Assembly (NCBI GenBank): GCA_041659805.1
Contig: JBAZXP010000001.1
Location: forward strand, 192,589-256,588
Reading direction: 5' to 3'
Length of the DNA stretch: 64,000 bases
Source of the DNA: Microgenomates group bacterium
GTDB taxonomy: Bacteria; Patescibacteriota; Microgenomatia; Daviesbacterales; UBA10151
Below are positions 17,385 through 26,379 of this stretch, piece by piece (positions within the stretch are counted from its first letter, which is position 1; every line of letters starts with the position of its first letter). The notes below the pieces were generated by a model. It had not been told where the DNA came from. It was given only the letters and a program-made list of their open reading frames with translations, and made no database searches. The translations under genes were made by a program, and so were the position numbers.

Positions 17385-19103
17385 ATGTCTGCCCTACTAA
17401 GAAAAGTTGTCGGTTGTCGGTTGTCGGTTATCGGCCTGTTTTTATTTATAATATTTGCAGTTAATTTCTTTATCCTCACTCCATCTGTTTTTGCAGCTGA
17501 TAACTGGCAAAAACTAAACCCTTCTAACTATCAAGACAGAATTGCTACTCAAAGATATTTTACGAATCTGATAGTTGCAGCGAATGTGGCTATGTCCGGG
17601 GAAGATCCTTTAAACGGACCTGCTTACAGCGAAAAGGTTACAGTCACGAGTACTGATGGTGCATACAACATGAATTCAGTCCCCGGTATTGGTCCGGGAG
17701 ATAAGCAAGGAGGGATGATCGGTATGGCAACTAAATCAATCGCTTCTATAATATCCACCCGTCCAACTTCCAGCCAGGAATATCTGGCTAATTTAGGAGA
17801 GAACATTGGAATCGCTCCCAAGCCTGCTTATGCTCAGATTACTGGGTCAGGACAAAATGTCATTGATCCTGTTTTAAAACTTTGGCAGGTCACCAGAAAT
17901 ATTGCCTATACTGGTTTTATTTTGGTCTTCATGGCAGCAGGAGTCATGATCATGTTCCGCCAAAAACTTAATCCTCAAACAGTCATTGGAATTCAACAGG
18001 CATTACCAGGCATTGTGGTCGGTTTAATTTTGGTTACCTTTAGCTATTTTATCGCAGCACTCATTGTTGATTTGTCGTTTGTCGGCACCCGGCTGGTTAC
18101 TGAAATATTTGTGAGTTCAGGAGAAACTAATTACTTCGGATGCACAGTGAAATGTGAAGAGGGTGGAAATCCCAAGCAAAAAAATATAGACGGGCTTCGT
18201 CAAACTTATAAAGATTCCGATGCTTTTAATATGTTTCAAAGAGTTGCTTTAAGAGTAAATAATGTCACTGATGTATTTAGAAATGTCTGGGGAACGCTGA
18301 TCACTAATCCTGATGTCCCACCTGAACCAGAAAGCCAGGAAGCTTTACTGCAAAGACTTAGTGTAACAACACCTCTTCCAGGTGATGAAGCTGCAGTATC
18401 ATTTGCTGGAGCAGGAGGGGCAGTAATCAAAGATCAGGGAATTCAGGGAGTAGTTGCAATGGGTGTTGCAACAATCGCTTCTTTGTTGGTTCCTCTAATC
18501 TTAATGATTGCTTTAATGATTCAATTTATTAAATTAATTATCGCCTTGCTGATATCATATTTACAGATCTTGTTGATGGTTATTTTTGGACCAATCTTAA
18601 TTATGGTTTCTGCCATCCCAGGCAGAGGGGGTGCATTAAGCTACTGGTTAAAAGCTCTTTTTGCAAATGCTTTAGTTTTTCCAGCTGTTTTTGCCGGATT
18701 TTTGTTTGCCGGTTTACTTTTAGAATGGGCTGGTACCAGCGGACCTACTTTTACAGCCAACATGCCTATGTTTGGGGGGTTACATGCTAATGTCCTAAAA
18801 TCATTACTGGCTTTTGGGGTTTTGCTGGGATTACCTGCAATTCCTGATATGGTCAGAGATGCCATGGGAGTTAAAACTCCTCAAGGATTTATGAAAGCAG
18901 CTGTGGGTGGATTTATGGGTGGAATCGGAGGTGCTCAAGCAGGTTATGGTCAGGCTATGCAGCGAACTGGTCTGTCAGCAAGAAAAGAAGCTATGGAGAA
19001 AGCACAACTGGAAACGGCTGCGCACAATCGTCCTGGAGAAGGCGGACCACAAAATACAGGAGAAAGAATATTGTCTTGGTTGCCGAGTGGTGGACGACGT
19101 TAA
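17385..19103 (+). CDS. TrbL/VirB6-like polytopic membrane protein
   Basis: Signal/TM helix, a ~130-aa extracytoplasmic N-domain, about 6 TM helices, and a Gly-rich C-terminal tail (GGFMGGIGGAQAGYGQAMQ) typical of TrbL. Lies in T4SS-like context. Confidence 0.55.
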   Translation: MSALLRKVVGCRLSVIGLFLFIIFAVNFFILTPSVFAADNWQKLNPSNYQDRIATQRYFTNLIVAANVAMSGEDPLNGPAYSEKVTVTSTDGAYNMNSVPGIGPGDKQGGMIGMATKSIASIISTRPTSSQEYLANLGENIGIAPKPAYAQITGSGQNVIDPVLKLWQVTRNIAYTGFILVFMAAGVMIMFRQKLNPQTVIGIQQALPGIVVGLILVTFSYFIAALIVDLSFVGTRLVTEIFVSSGETNYFGCTVKCEEGGNPKQKNIDGLRQTYKDSDAFNMFQRVALRVNNVTDVFRNVWGTLITNPDVPPEPESQEALLQRLSVTTPLPGDEAAVSFAGAGGAVIKDQGIQGVVAMGVATIASLLVPLILMIALMIQFIKLIIALLISYLQILLMVIFGPILIMVSAIPGRGGALSYWLKALFANALVFPAVFAGFLFAGLLLEWAGTSGPTFTANMPMFGGLHANVLKSLLAFGVLLGLPAIPDMVRDAMGVKTPQGFMKAAVGGFMGGIGGAQAGYGQAMQRTGLSARKEAMEKAQLETAAHNRPGEGGPQNTGERILSWLPSGGRR

Positions 19104-19107
19104 TGGT

Positions 19108-21081
19108 TTATCTGCCTATATCGCTAAACCCTTGTTTAAATATGTGACCCAATACACCTAAAATAAAGCCTATAATGCCATCTTTTACAGTCGACGCCAA
19201 ATTTGCTACTCTCCAATAACGACCGAGCGCTTTTTCTAAAACTTTTTTTCTGGTATCCAAGGTAAAAAACGGTGGCTTGTTTGGATCAGTTAACCCTGCA
19301 AGATCATTTGCCATAGATACAATTTCAGCGTTGTTATATTTTGGTTTGCCTGTCCTTTCTTCTCTCGTGGTTTGGGCAAAATCAATAAAATCAACCGCTA
19401 AGGCTTCTTTTGCCTCATCTTGATTTTTTTTTGAAAAAGCAAAAGCATCCATTAACTTACGTAAAGATTCAACAGTTGGATTCCTTAAATAGCTTTCAGA
19501 TGTCTTGGTTAAAGCATCTCGCACACCTTCTGCACCCTGAACACATCTACTAGCCCAAAGGCCCATTAAACCTCTCCCCATTGGACTAAAATCACGACCT
19601 TCCAATTTTTTAAAATCTACTCGGCCAACCTTACCGCCCGCATTATGATCTTTTCTGTCTAACCATTCCATTCCTGGTACACCATATTTAATAAAACCAC
19701 TTTCTTTTTCAAACAGACTTGCAACCCCTTCATTTCTGGTAAAAAAATCTCCCCCATAACAATCAACCTTATTAATTAATTGAACATGAGCATGTATTGT
19801 TGCCTGTTCTTTAATGACCAAATCACGCTGTTTCATGGTTCTTCTGGTATCATAATCACAGCCATCGCCTCCTCCTATCCAATCAAACTTTACCTCTCTT
19901 TTATGTTGTTTACCATCAGGGTCAGTAACATAATATACAGCGCCATTAAGCTTTTTTCCTTCATAATAATCGTCTGTAATACGAAGTTCTTCTGGTATTG
20001 GCTCTAATACCGGTAATTCAGGAAGGGGTGTTTTATTTTCTACTGCGTCTTCTAGATCTTTTTTATATTTTCGATATTCTGCTATCTGTCTTTTTTGATA
20101 TATAGACCATTTGCTTTCTGCAACCCATACATCCTTACCGTCTTTGTCTTTTTTCTTTTCCGTAAACACCATAATTCCTTTATCAACCAAAGAATCAAAC
20201 ATCACAGCCCGGCAAGTAAAGCGGAACATTCTTTCTGCTAAAAGTTGTGCTGCTGCATAATCTTCTGGTTTACCTCCAAATTCTTTGACTAAATGTCCCT
20301 GAACTTTTGCGGCAAACAACGGTCTGTTCTCAAACGCACTAAAAACAGTAAATTCTTCGCCGTGTTCCTCGTAATATTGCAGGGCCTGAATAAAAGGATT
20401 AAATTCTGTTTCTGTTTTTGGACTAATTTGTTTCATTCCATAGATGGCAGTGAAGTGTTCTGGCTGCAGTTTTTCCTGAGCAGCTTTTATTACCACATTA
20501 AGATCAGAGGAGTTTTCATATTGCAGAGAAATCTCACGGAAAATCATTCTGGCTTCTACTTCTTCCAGCATATTTTTTGCTTCATCTTGCATATTTTTTG
20601 CTTCAGAATACGCCCTTTTTTCTTCATCCGTCTCTCCTAAAGGAATTTCTTCCCCTTTTAAGCTGCCTAAAATTGAATTTATTCGGGTATACTCAGTAGT
20701 AATTTGTTGGCTGAGACTGCCTTTTTCCAGTTCTATTCTGCTTAAAAGAGCTCTGGTCCTTTTGCGGGCTACTTCCGCATCCTTTGGCCAATAAACCCAC
20801 ATTTGGCGTTGCATTTGATCAAAAATTCTAACTGATTTAAACCCCGGTTTTTCAGGAAGCGGGGAATATCTTTCCACTATTTCCCAAGGCAGAAGCCTTG
20901 GATCTACCTCACGACGTCCGGTATAAGGATCAATTGTTTCCTCATCTTCTATATCTACATGGGGGGTTGCAGCGCGTCTTTCCTCTGCAGGCCTAGCTGC
21001 CGCTGCTTCTGTGGGTGGTATTCCTCCTGTTTCAGGTCCTGGACCTGTTCCTCCATCTGGCATAATTCTTTCTCTTTCCAT
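19108..21081 (-). CDS. large soluble protein of unknown function (657 aa); the first ~50 codons are markedly GC-rich and Pro/Gly/Ala/Glu-rich
   Basis: Long uninterrupted ORF with no recognisable P-loop or HUH motifs. N-terminus MERERIMPDGGTGPGPETGGIPPTEAAAARPAEERRAATP. Confidence 0.6.
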   Translation of the reverse strand: MERERIMPDGGTGPGPETGGIPPTEAAAARPAEERRAATPHVDIEDEETIDPYTGRREVDPRLLPWEIVERYSPLPEKPGFKSVRIFDQMQRQMWVYWPKDAEVARKRTRALLSRIELEKGSLSQQITTEYTRINSILGSLKGEEIPLGETDEEKRAYSEAKNMQDEAKNMLEEVEARMIFREISLQYENSSDLNVVIKAAQEKLQPEHFTAIYGMKQISPKTETEFNPFIQALQYYEEHGEEFTVFSAFENRPLFAAKVQGHLVKEFGGKPEDYAAAQLLAERMFRFTCRAVMFDSLVDKGIMVFTEKKKDKDGKDVWVAESKWSIYQKRQIAEYRKYKKDLEDAVENKTPLPELPVLEPIPEELRITDDYYEGKKLNGAVYYVTDPDGKQHKREVKFDWIGGGDGCDYDTRRTMKQRDLVIKEQATIHAHVQLINKVDCYGGDFFTRNEGVASLFEKESGFIKYGVPGMEWLDRKDHNAGGKVGRVDFKKLEGRDFSPMGRGLMGLWASRCVQGAEGVRDALTKTSESYLRNPTVESLRKLMDAFAFSKKNQDEAKEALAVDFIDFAQTTREERTGKPKYNNAEIVSMANDLAGLTDPNKPPFFTLDTRKKVLEKALGRYWRVANLASTVKDGIIGFILGVLGHIFKQGFSDIGR

Positions 21082-21171
21082 AAACCCTCCTTTTCTTAAC
21101 CCAAGCCTAAAAATTGCCTGAATTATATCCTAAAGCAGAGCTTATATCAAATTTAGTATAGCACAACTAAT

Positions 21172-22203
21172 CTATGCTGCCTGCCCTGGAGACCAACCGC
21201 AAACCCTGTCTTCCCCATCCTCTCCTTTAATCCTCCCAGGACAACTGGTAAGCTCTCCTCTTTCCATTCTTTTCTCTTCATCAGGACCGGGCTCCCAGCC
21301 ACACTTTCGGCATCTGACTTTCTCGCAACCTGTACTCACTTCCTGGGAATTCCCGGCAAAAACATTAAAAGCAGTATTGGCTTTAGGTGGACAGCTGGAA
21401 CCTCTATTTCCGACCATACCGGATCTTCCTGCTATATTTACAAATTTTTCCACATTAACCCTGCCTGTATCAGCTGCTGTTTGTTGATATATATCCAAAG
21501 CCTGATTTACTGTTTGTTGCTTTAAGATTAAATCTTCACCGTTTCTGACTTGTCTGACCTGCTTTAAGGAAATATCAGGCAACAGCTCCTCTAATATATA
21601 AGTCCAGTCGCAATTATCACTTAATTCAAGAGGAATAGACCGCACTTCGTCATTTGATGAAAAATACGGCTTATTATGAGAATAATTCGCCAAACCCCGG
21701 GCAAACTCCAAACATTTAGCTTCTTTTATATCCAAAACAATGGCCCTGTTAAATAAAATCTGTTTCCCGTCTTGTTCCCTGATTTCACTGACAATAATCT
21801 TAGAAACCGAATAGGCTCCAGCCTCTGGTGGACTAACCCAGGCAATAACGCCTGACTTTTTACCCTTAACTATCTTTTGTATACTGTCAAAAGCCTGAAA
21901 TTCTAACTCTCCGACTTTGGAATCTCGTAAAATAACTTCTTCTACTAATTTACCGGTAACAGGGGAAAGAAGTTTACCATCTTCACGGATTGTATAAAAG
22001 TAAGGATCAGGAATTCTTTTTGTTTCCATGCATAAAGAAGCAACCTCTTCCGCAAATTGAGTTTTTGGCTTGCCCTCCCAGGCGCGGGCGCCATCTCTAA
22101 GCTCCCGAATACCAATACTATTATCTTGAGACGGAATAGAACTACTCTGAGGTCTTAAATGGGCATCTATTGAGGAGTCTGTTAAAGTTTCTAATCTGGT
22201 CAT
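21172..22203 (-). CDS. unknown protein with a C-terminal Cys-rich (zinc-ribbon-like) tail
   Basis: CEKVRCRKCGWEPG...SCPGRIKGEDGEDRVCGW at the C-terminus. No other recognisable motifs. Confidence 0.55.
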   Translation of the reverse strand: MTRLETLTDSSIDAHLRPQSSSIPSQDNSIGIRELRDGARAWEGKPKTQFAEEVASLCMETKRIPDPYFYTIREDGKLLSPVTGKLVEEVILRDSKVGELEFQAFDSIQKIVKGKKSGVIAWVSPPEAGAYSVSKIIVSEIREQDGKQILFNRAIVLDIKEAKCLEFARGLANYSHNKPYFSSNDEVRSIPLELSDNCDWTYILEELLPDISLKQVRQVRNGEDLILKQQTVNQALDIYQQTAADTGRVNVEKFVNIAGRSGMVGNRGSSCPPKANTAFNVFAGNSQEVSTGCEKVRCRKCGWEPGPDEEKRMERGELTSCPGRIKGEDGEDRVCGWSPGQAA

Positions 22204-22245
22204 AGTTTCCTGCTCGGGACAAATGCGGTTCGGTCTCCTGGCTTA

Positions 22246-22330
22246 ATCAGAGTATCGGCATATCAGCAAATCAGCAGATCAGAAATAAATATCTGACACG
22301 CTGACTCGCCGACACACTGACAAACTGAAA
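22246..22330. repeat. imperfect ~40-bp-arm inverted repeat built from 8-bp-periodic units (5 x ATCAG arm, 10-nt AT loop, 5 x CTGAC arm), located in the leader of the minus-strand gene 21172..22203
   Basis: ATCAG at 22246, 22254 (ATCGG), 22262, 22270, 22278. CTGAC at 22293, 22301, 22309 (CCGAC), 22317, 22325. Most arm mismatches are A:C on the plus strand, which become U:G wobbles on the minus strand. Confidence 0.6.
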
Positions 22331-22540
22331 TTACAGTTGCGGCACAGCTCCCGAGTCTCACGGGATTCCCATTTACCTTAACTCTTTTTAACGAGTGGTA
22401 AACCGCCCTTTTAAATTACACAACTATGTTGTTTTTGTCAATTCCCATCATGAAAGCACCAGATACATTAAGAATAGGCTAAATTGATCTCTTTTGAGAT
22501 GCTTGCGAGTAAAGTTTTCACGAGTTATACATAAAGGACT

Positions 22541-23725
22541 ATGGAACCACATCCTATTCCACAAAATGTAACTTCTTTTGAATTCCACTTAGTAGGGGAT
22601 ATGACTCTAAAACAATTTATTTATTTAGGAGCCGGACTCGGTACTGCTTATTTACTATACGCCACACTCTTTTTTTCAATCCCTGTTTTAGCTATCCCAT
22701 TAATCCTTATTTCCAGCGTGCTTGGAATAGCTTTTGCTTTTGTGCCTATTTACGACCGGCCTTTTGATCATTGGGTTGGTGCTTTTTTCAGAGCTGTTTA
22801 TTCACCGACAAAGGGTTCCTTTAAACTAAGATCTAATCCTAAGTTAAAGGTTACTCCTAGTGATCCTTTTTTACAAAACAGGCTACAGCTATACCTTTCT
22901 TCCATGGGAATGACTGTTAATCTTTGGGATAAGCAAATTCCGACTGCACCTGCCACATCTACCCCCACTCCAACACCAGCAATCCCTGAGATTAAGGAGA
23001 TTAAAGAATCAGAAAAACAGGCTACCTTAGCAGAAAATATCTTAACTAAAACTTTAGGGAATATCCAAGCCCAAGCTCAACCGGAAAGTACCAGTCATCT
23101 ACCTTCCCAACAGGAATTAACAAATCTAGTGGAGATGGCTAGACAAGCACAAGTCTTGCAGGGAAAAATATCTGATACAGAAAAATTAATTAAACAGATG
23201 ACAACCACAACTAAGCAGACAGAAACAACCCAGATTCAGTCCAGTTTAAAAGCTCTCTTACAACAAACAGAAGAGTTATACCAAAAAACTTCCAGCATGA
23301 CTCAGGCAACAACACATACAACTGCTGCCCAACAACTGCCGCAAACAGTACCGATAACACCGGCCCCACCTATTTTAACTCAACCGGCAGTTGCTCCGAA
23401 GGTAACAATAGTCCAACCTTTGGCACACAAGGAAACGCAGGTAGTTTTAACCTCAACTCCGAATGTTATTAACGGCATTGTCGGTGATGATGCCGGAAAT
23501 TTCCTGGAAAATGTCATCGTAATTATTCACGATAAAGACGGAATGCCTGTCCGGGCTTTAAAAACAAATAAATTAGGCCAGTTTGCAGGAGCGACACCTT
23601 TACCTTTAGGTGTTTATACAATCACCCTGGAAAAAGAACATTTTACCTTTCAAACATTACAAATAACGCTTGATAATTCAGTGCTTGGACCTCTTCGAAT
23701 AGTTGCTAAAAGAGGAGGACAATAA
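22541..23725 (+). CDS. PrgI/VirB3-like two-TM N-terminus fused to a long Gln/Thr-rich coiled region and a C-terminal carboxypeptidase-regulatory-like beta-sandwich domain
   Basis: N-terminus FEFHLVGDMTLKQFIYLGAGLGTAYLLY resembles the PrgI family (FGLTLRQF...). C-terminus GIVGDDAGNFLENVIVIIHDKDGMPVRALKTNKLGQFAGATPLPLGVYTITLEKEHF. RBS AAAGGA before the ATG. Confidence 0.5.
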   Translation: MEPHPIPQNVTSFEFHLVGDMTLKQFIYLGAGLGTAYLLYATLFFSIPVLAIPLILISSVLGIAFAFVPIYDRPFDHWVGAFFRAVYSPTKGSFKLRSNPKLKVTPSDPFLQNRLQLYLSSMGMTVNLWDKQIPTAPATSTPTPTPAIPEIKEIKESEKQATLAENILTKTLGNIQAQAQPESTSHLPSQQELTNLVEMARQAQVLQGKISDTEKLIKQMTTTTKQTETTQIQSSLKALLQQTEELYQKTSSMTQATTHTTAAQQLPQTVPITPAPPILTQPAVAPKVTIVQPLAHKETQVVLTSTPNVINGIVGDDAGNFLENVIVIIHDKDGMPVRALKTNKLGQFAGATPLPLGVYTITLEKEHFTFQTLQITLDNSVLGPLRIVAKRGGQ

Positions 23726-23726
23726 T

Positions 23727-24632
23727 TTGACTACCAGCCAAGAATTTATTCCGATTAGCGATGTCAGTAAAAATTTAGTATTTCAAAAAGACGGATCTGT
23801 AGCAATTATCCTCTCTGTCTCAGCCGTTAATTTCGCACTTCTGTTTGAAACTGAACAAATTTCCATTATTGATTCATTCGCAGGTCTTTTGAATTCCTTA
23901 TCCTTTCCCATTCAAATTGTAATTTATTCCAAAATCATGGACGTTTCTTCCTATTTGCATACAATTGACAATGCCCTTGCCCGTCAAGCCAACCCTCTAC
24001 TTAAATCAATGACCTTAAAATACCGTGATTTTGTGGAAAAAAGCATTAAAGATAACAATGTTCTGGATAAAAGGTTCTATGTTTGCATTAAATTAACGTC
24101 TTTAGAATTAGGTCTACTTCCTTCCAATATGGAAGAAAAAACAAAAAAAGTTACAACACTCCTTGAACCAAGACGGGACCATTTGATCAGACAACTAGAC
24201 CGACTTGGCTTAAAGGCAAAGCAGCTAACAACAGAGGAAATCATTAAATTATTTTATGAAATCTATAACCCGCCCATTACAACAAGTGCTGACTTACCTG
24301 TACAAAGCAATGTCAAGGCTACTCCCTTATTGGAAATCCATCAGCCACCCGCCAACCCTCCGACGGACGCACCAAGGGTAGAAAATAATCTGCCGCCAAA
24401 ACTCCGGCCGATTAAACCGGCTTTGACTCAACCGAGCATTCCAGCACCTGCTGTAAAACCGACAGCTCAAACAACGATTCTTGTTCCGGTCGCCACGGCA
24501 GCACCGGTAGTGACGGTTCCAATCACACAACCGCCAGTCAATCCGACACCAACGCCTATCCTTAACCAAGCCGCTCCGCAACACAATAGCCCTTTTGTGG
24601 TAGAAGAGCTACCTGATGACGATGGATCCTAA
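23727..24632 (+). CDS. VirB4/CagE/TrbE-family protein, N-terminal portion, ending in a Pro/Thr/Ala-rich tail
   Basis: FIPISDVSKNLVFQKDGSVAIILSVSAVNFALLFETEQISIIDSFAGLLNSLSFPIQIVIY matches the N-domain of Gram-positive VirB4 homologs. TTG start at 23727 preceded by an AGAGGAGG RBS. The track ORF begins at an upstream in-frame TTG at 23703. Confidence 0.6.
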   Translation: MTTSQEFIPISDVSKNLVFQKDGSVAIILSVSAVNFALLFETEQISIIDSFAGLLNSLSFPIQIVIYSKIMDVSSYLHTIDNALARQANPLLKSMTLKYRDFVEKSIKDNNVLDKRFYVCIKLTSLELGLLPSNMEEKTKKVTTLLEPRRDHLIRQLDRLGLKAKQLTTEEIIKLFYEIYNPPITTSADLPVQSNVKATPLLEIHQPPANPPTDAPRVENNLPPKLRPIKPALTQPSIPAPAVKPTAQTTILVPVATAAPVVTVPITQPPVNPTPTPILNQAAPQHNSPFVVEELPDDDGS

Positions 24633-26379
24633 GCAAAAACAACTAACATTTGAAGATGCAGTGGCACCCTATGAAATGGAGATGGATTTTTCGTTCCTAA
24701 AAATTAATCACCGCTATTTACGTTCTTTTTTTGTATCTGCTTATCCCCGTTATGTTGAACCAAACTGGCTGGAACCGTTAATTTCTTTTGAACATTCAAT
24801 GATTTTATCCATGTTCATCTACCCCACCAGCTCAGCCGGAATCTTAGATGATTTAAAAAGAAAAATTGCGGAAATGGAGGCCACTATCCAAACTGATCTA
24901 GAACGGGGACGAGTTGTTAATCCAACTGTAACAATAGCACTTGATGACGCCAAGCAGTTACAGGAACAACTAGCTAAAGGCTCGGAACGATTTTTCCAGT
25001 TTAGTTTATATATCGATGTCCCTGCAGATTCCATAGAAGAGCTAAACAATAAATCACAATTAGTCCAATCCACCCTGGGTAGTATTTCAATTACTTCGCA
25101 TCCGTTAATGCTCCAGATGAAAGAAGGGTTTGAAAGCACTTTGCCTTTGGGACAAGACCCTTTGTATTTGGCACATAATATGGATACCACCTCTCTTGCC
25201 ACCACTTTTCCTTTTGTCTCATCAGAGCTTACTTCTCCGGACGGAGTAATCTATGGCATTAATGCACATAACGATTCCTTAATTATTTTTGACAGGTTTA
25301 GTCAGGAAAACGCCAATTCAGTAGTTTTTGCCACAGCCGGAGCCGGAAAATCTTATTTTGTGAAACTGGAATCACTGCGTTCATTGATGCTGGGCGCTGA
25401 AATAATTATCATTGATCCGGAAAAAGAATATGTCGATTTAGCCAATGCTGTGGGAGGAGATTATATTAATTTCTCTACTGCCTCCCCGGTTAAAATCAAT
25501 CCTTTTGACTTGCCTGATATAGCCAACAGCGAAGAAGACGAGTTGGGAAGAAAGATTTTATCTTTAACCGGTTTTTTAAGGTTGGTTTTAGGCGATTTGA
25601 CTGCCAATGAAGTTGCAGTTTTAGACCGGGCTTTAAATGCCACTTATAAATTAAAAGGTATTACTGCCAATGTTTTTAATAAAGCTGACCCTACCAGTAA
25701 ACAAAAAATCGAAGCTCCGTTAATGGAAGATTTATATAAGATTTTAATCGGTATGGAAGACACTATGGCTGGCAGTCTGGCAATCCGTTTGGAAAGGTTT
25801 ATTAAAGGCTCTTTGGCAGGCATTTTTTCTGCCCAATCCAATATCAATATCAATAACCCTTTTACTGTTTTTTCGGTTCGTGAATTGCCTGATCAACTGC
25901 GACCTTTGGCAATGTATTTAATATTGGATTATATTTGGACCAAAATCAGACGCGAGATTAAAAAAAGAATTTTAGTAGTGGATGAAGCCTGGTATATGAT
26001 GAAGTATCCTGATTCAGCTTCTTTTTTAGTGGAGATGGTCAAGCGGTCCCGAAAATATTACCTGGGTGTCACCACCATATCTCAGGATGTGGAAGACTTT
26101 TTAGGGCAAGACCGGGGTAAGGAAATTATCTCCAACTCAGCTATGCAAATTTTATTAAAACAAGCGCCTGTTTCCATTGAAAAAATAGGAGCTGTTTTTA
26201 ATCTGTCTCAAGGAGAAAAAAGACTACTAACCACTGCAGGTGTCGGACAAGGGCTCTTTTTTGCAGGCAATGTGCATATTGCCATGTCAATTGTGGCCTC
26301 AGATGAAGAACATCAGCTGATCACTACTAACCCAAGAGAAATTTTAGAACGCCAGGAAAAAGAAAAAGGAGATAAATAG
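24616..26379 (+). CDS. VirB4/CagE/TrbE-family ATPase, central and C-terminal portion
   Basis: AYPRYVEPNWLEPL, Walker A ATAGAGKSYFVK, Walker B RILVVDEAWYMM. Overlaps the upstream ORF by 17 nt in the +1 frame. Confidence 0.8.
   Translation: MTMDPKQKQLTFEDAVAPYEMEMDFSFLKINHRYLRSFFVSAYPRYVEPNWLEPLISFEHSMILSMFIYPTSSAGILDDLKRKIAEMEATIQTDLERGRVVNPTVTIALDDAKQLQEQLAKGSERFFQFSLYIDVPADSIEELNNKSQLVQSTLGSISITSHPLMLQMKEGFESTLPLGQDPLYLAHNMDTTSLATTFPFVSSELTSPDGVIYGINAHNDSLIIFDRFSQENANSVVFATAGAGKSYFVKLESLRSLMLGAEIIIIDPEKEYVDLANAVGGDYINFSTASPVKINPFDLPDIANSEEDELGRKILSLTGFLRLVLGDLTANEVAVLDRALNATYKLKGITANVFNKADPTSKQKIEAPLMEDLYKILIGMEDTMAGSLAIRLERFIKGSLAGIFSAQSNININNPFTVFSVRELPDQLRPLAMYLILDYIWTKIRREIKKRILVVDEAWYMMKYPDSASFLVEMVKRSRKYYLGVTTISQDVEDFLGQDRGKEIISNSAMQILLKQAPVSIEKIGAVFNLSQGEKRLLTTAGVGQGLFFAGNVHIAMSIVASDEEHQLITTNPREILERQEKEKGDK

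Noticed and set aside
19108-21081. Considered 19108..21081 as the missing relaxase or VirD4 coupling protein
   Set aside because: It has no Walker A/B P-loop and no HUH or tyrosine relaxase motifs. It is left as an unknown.
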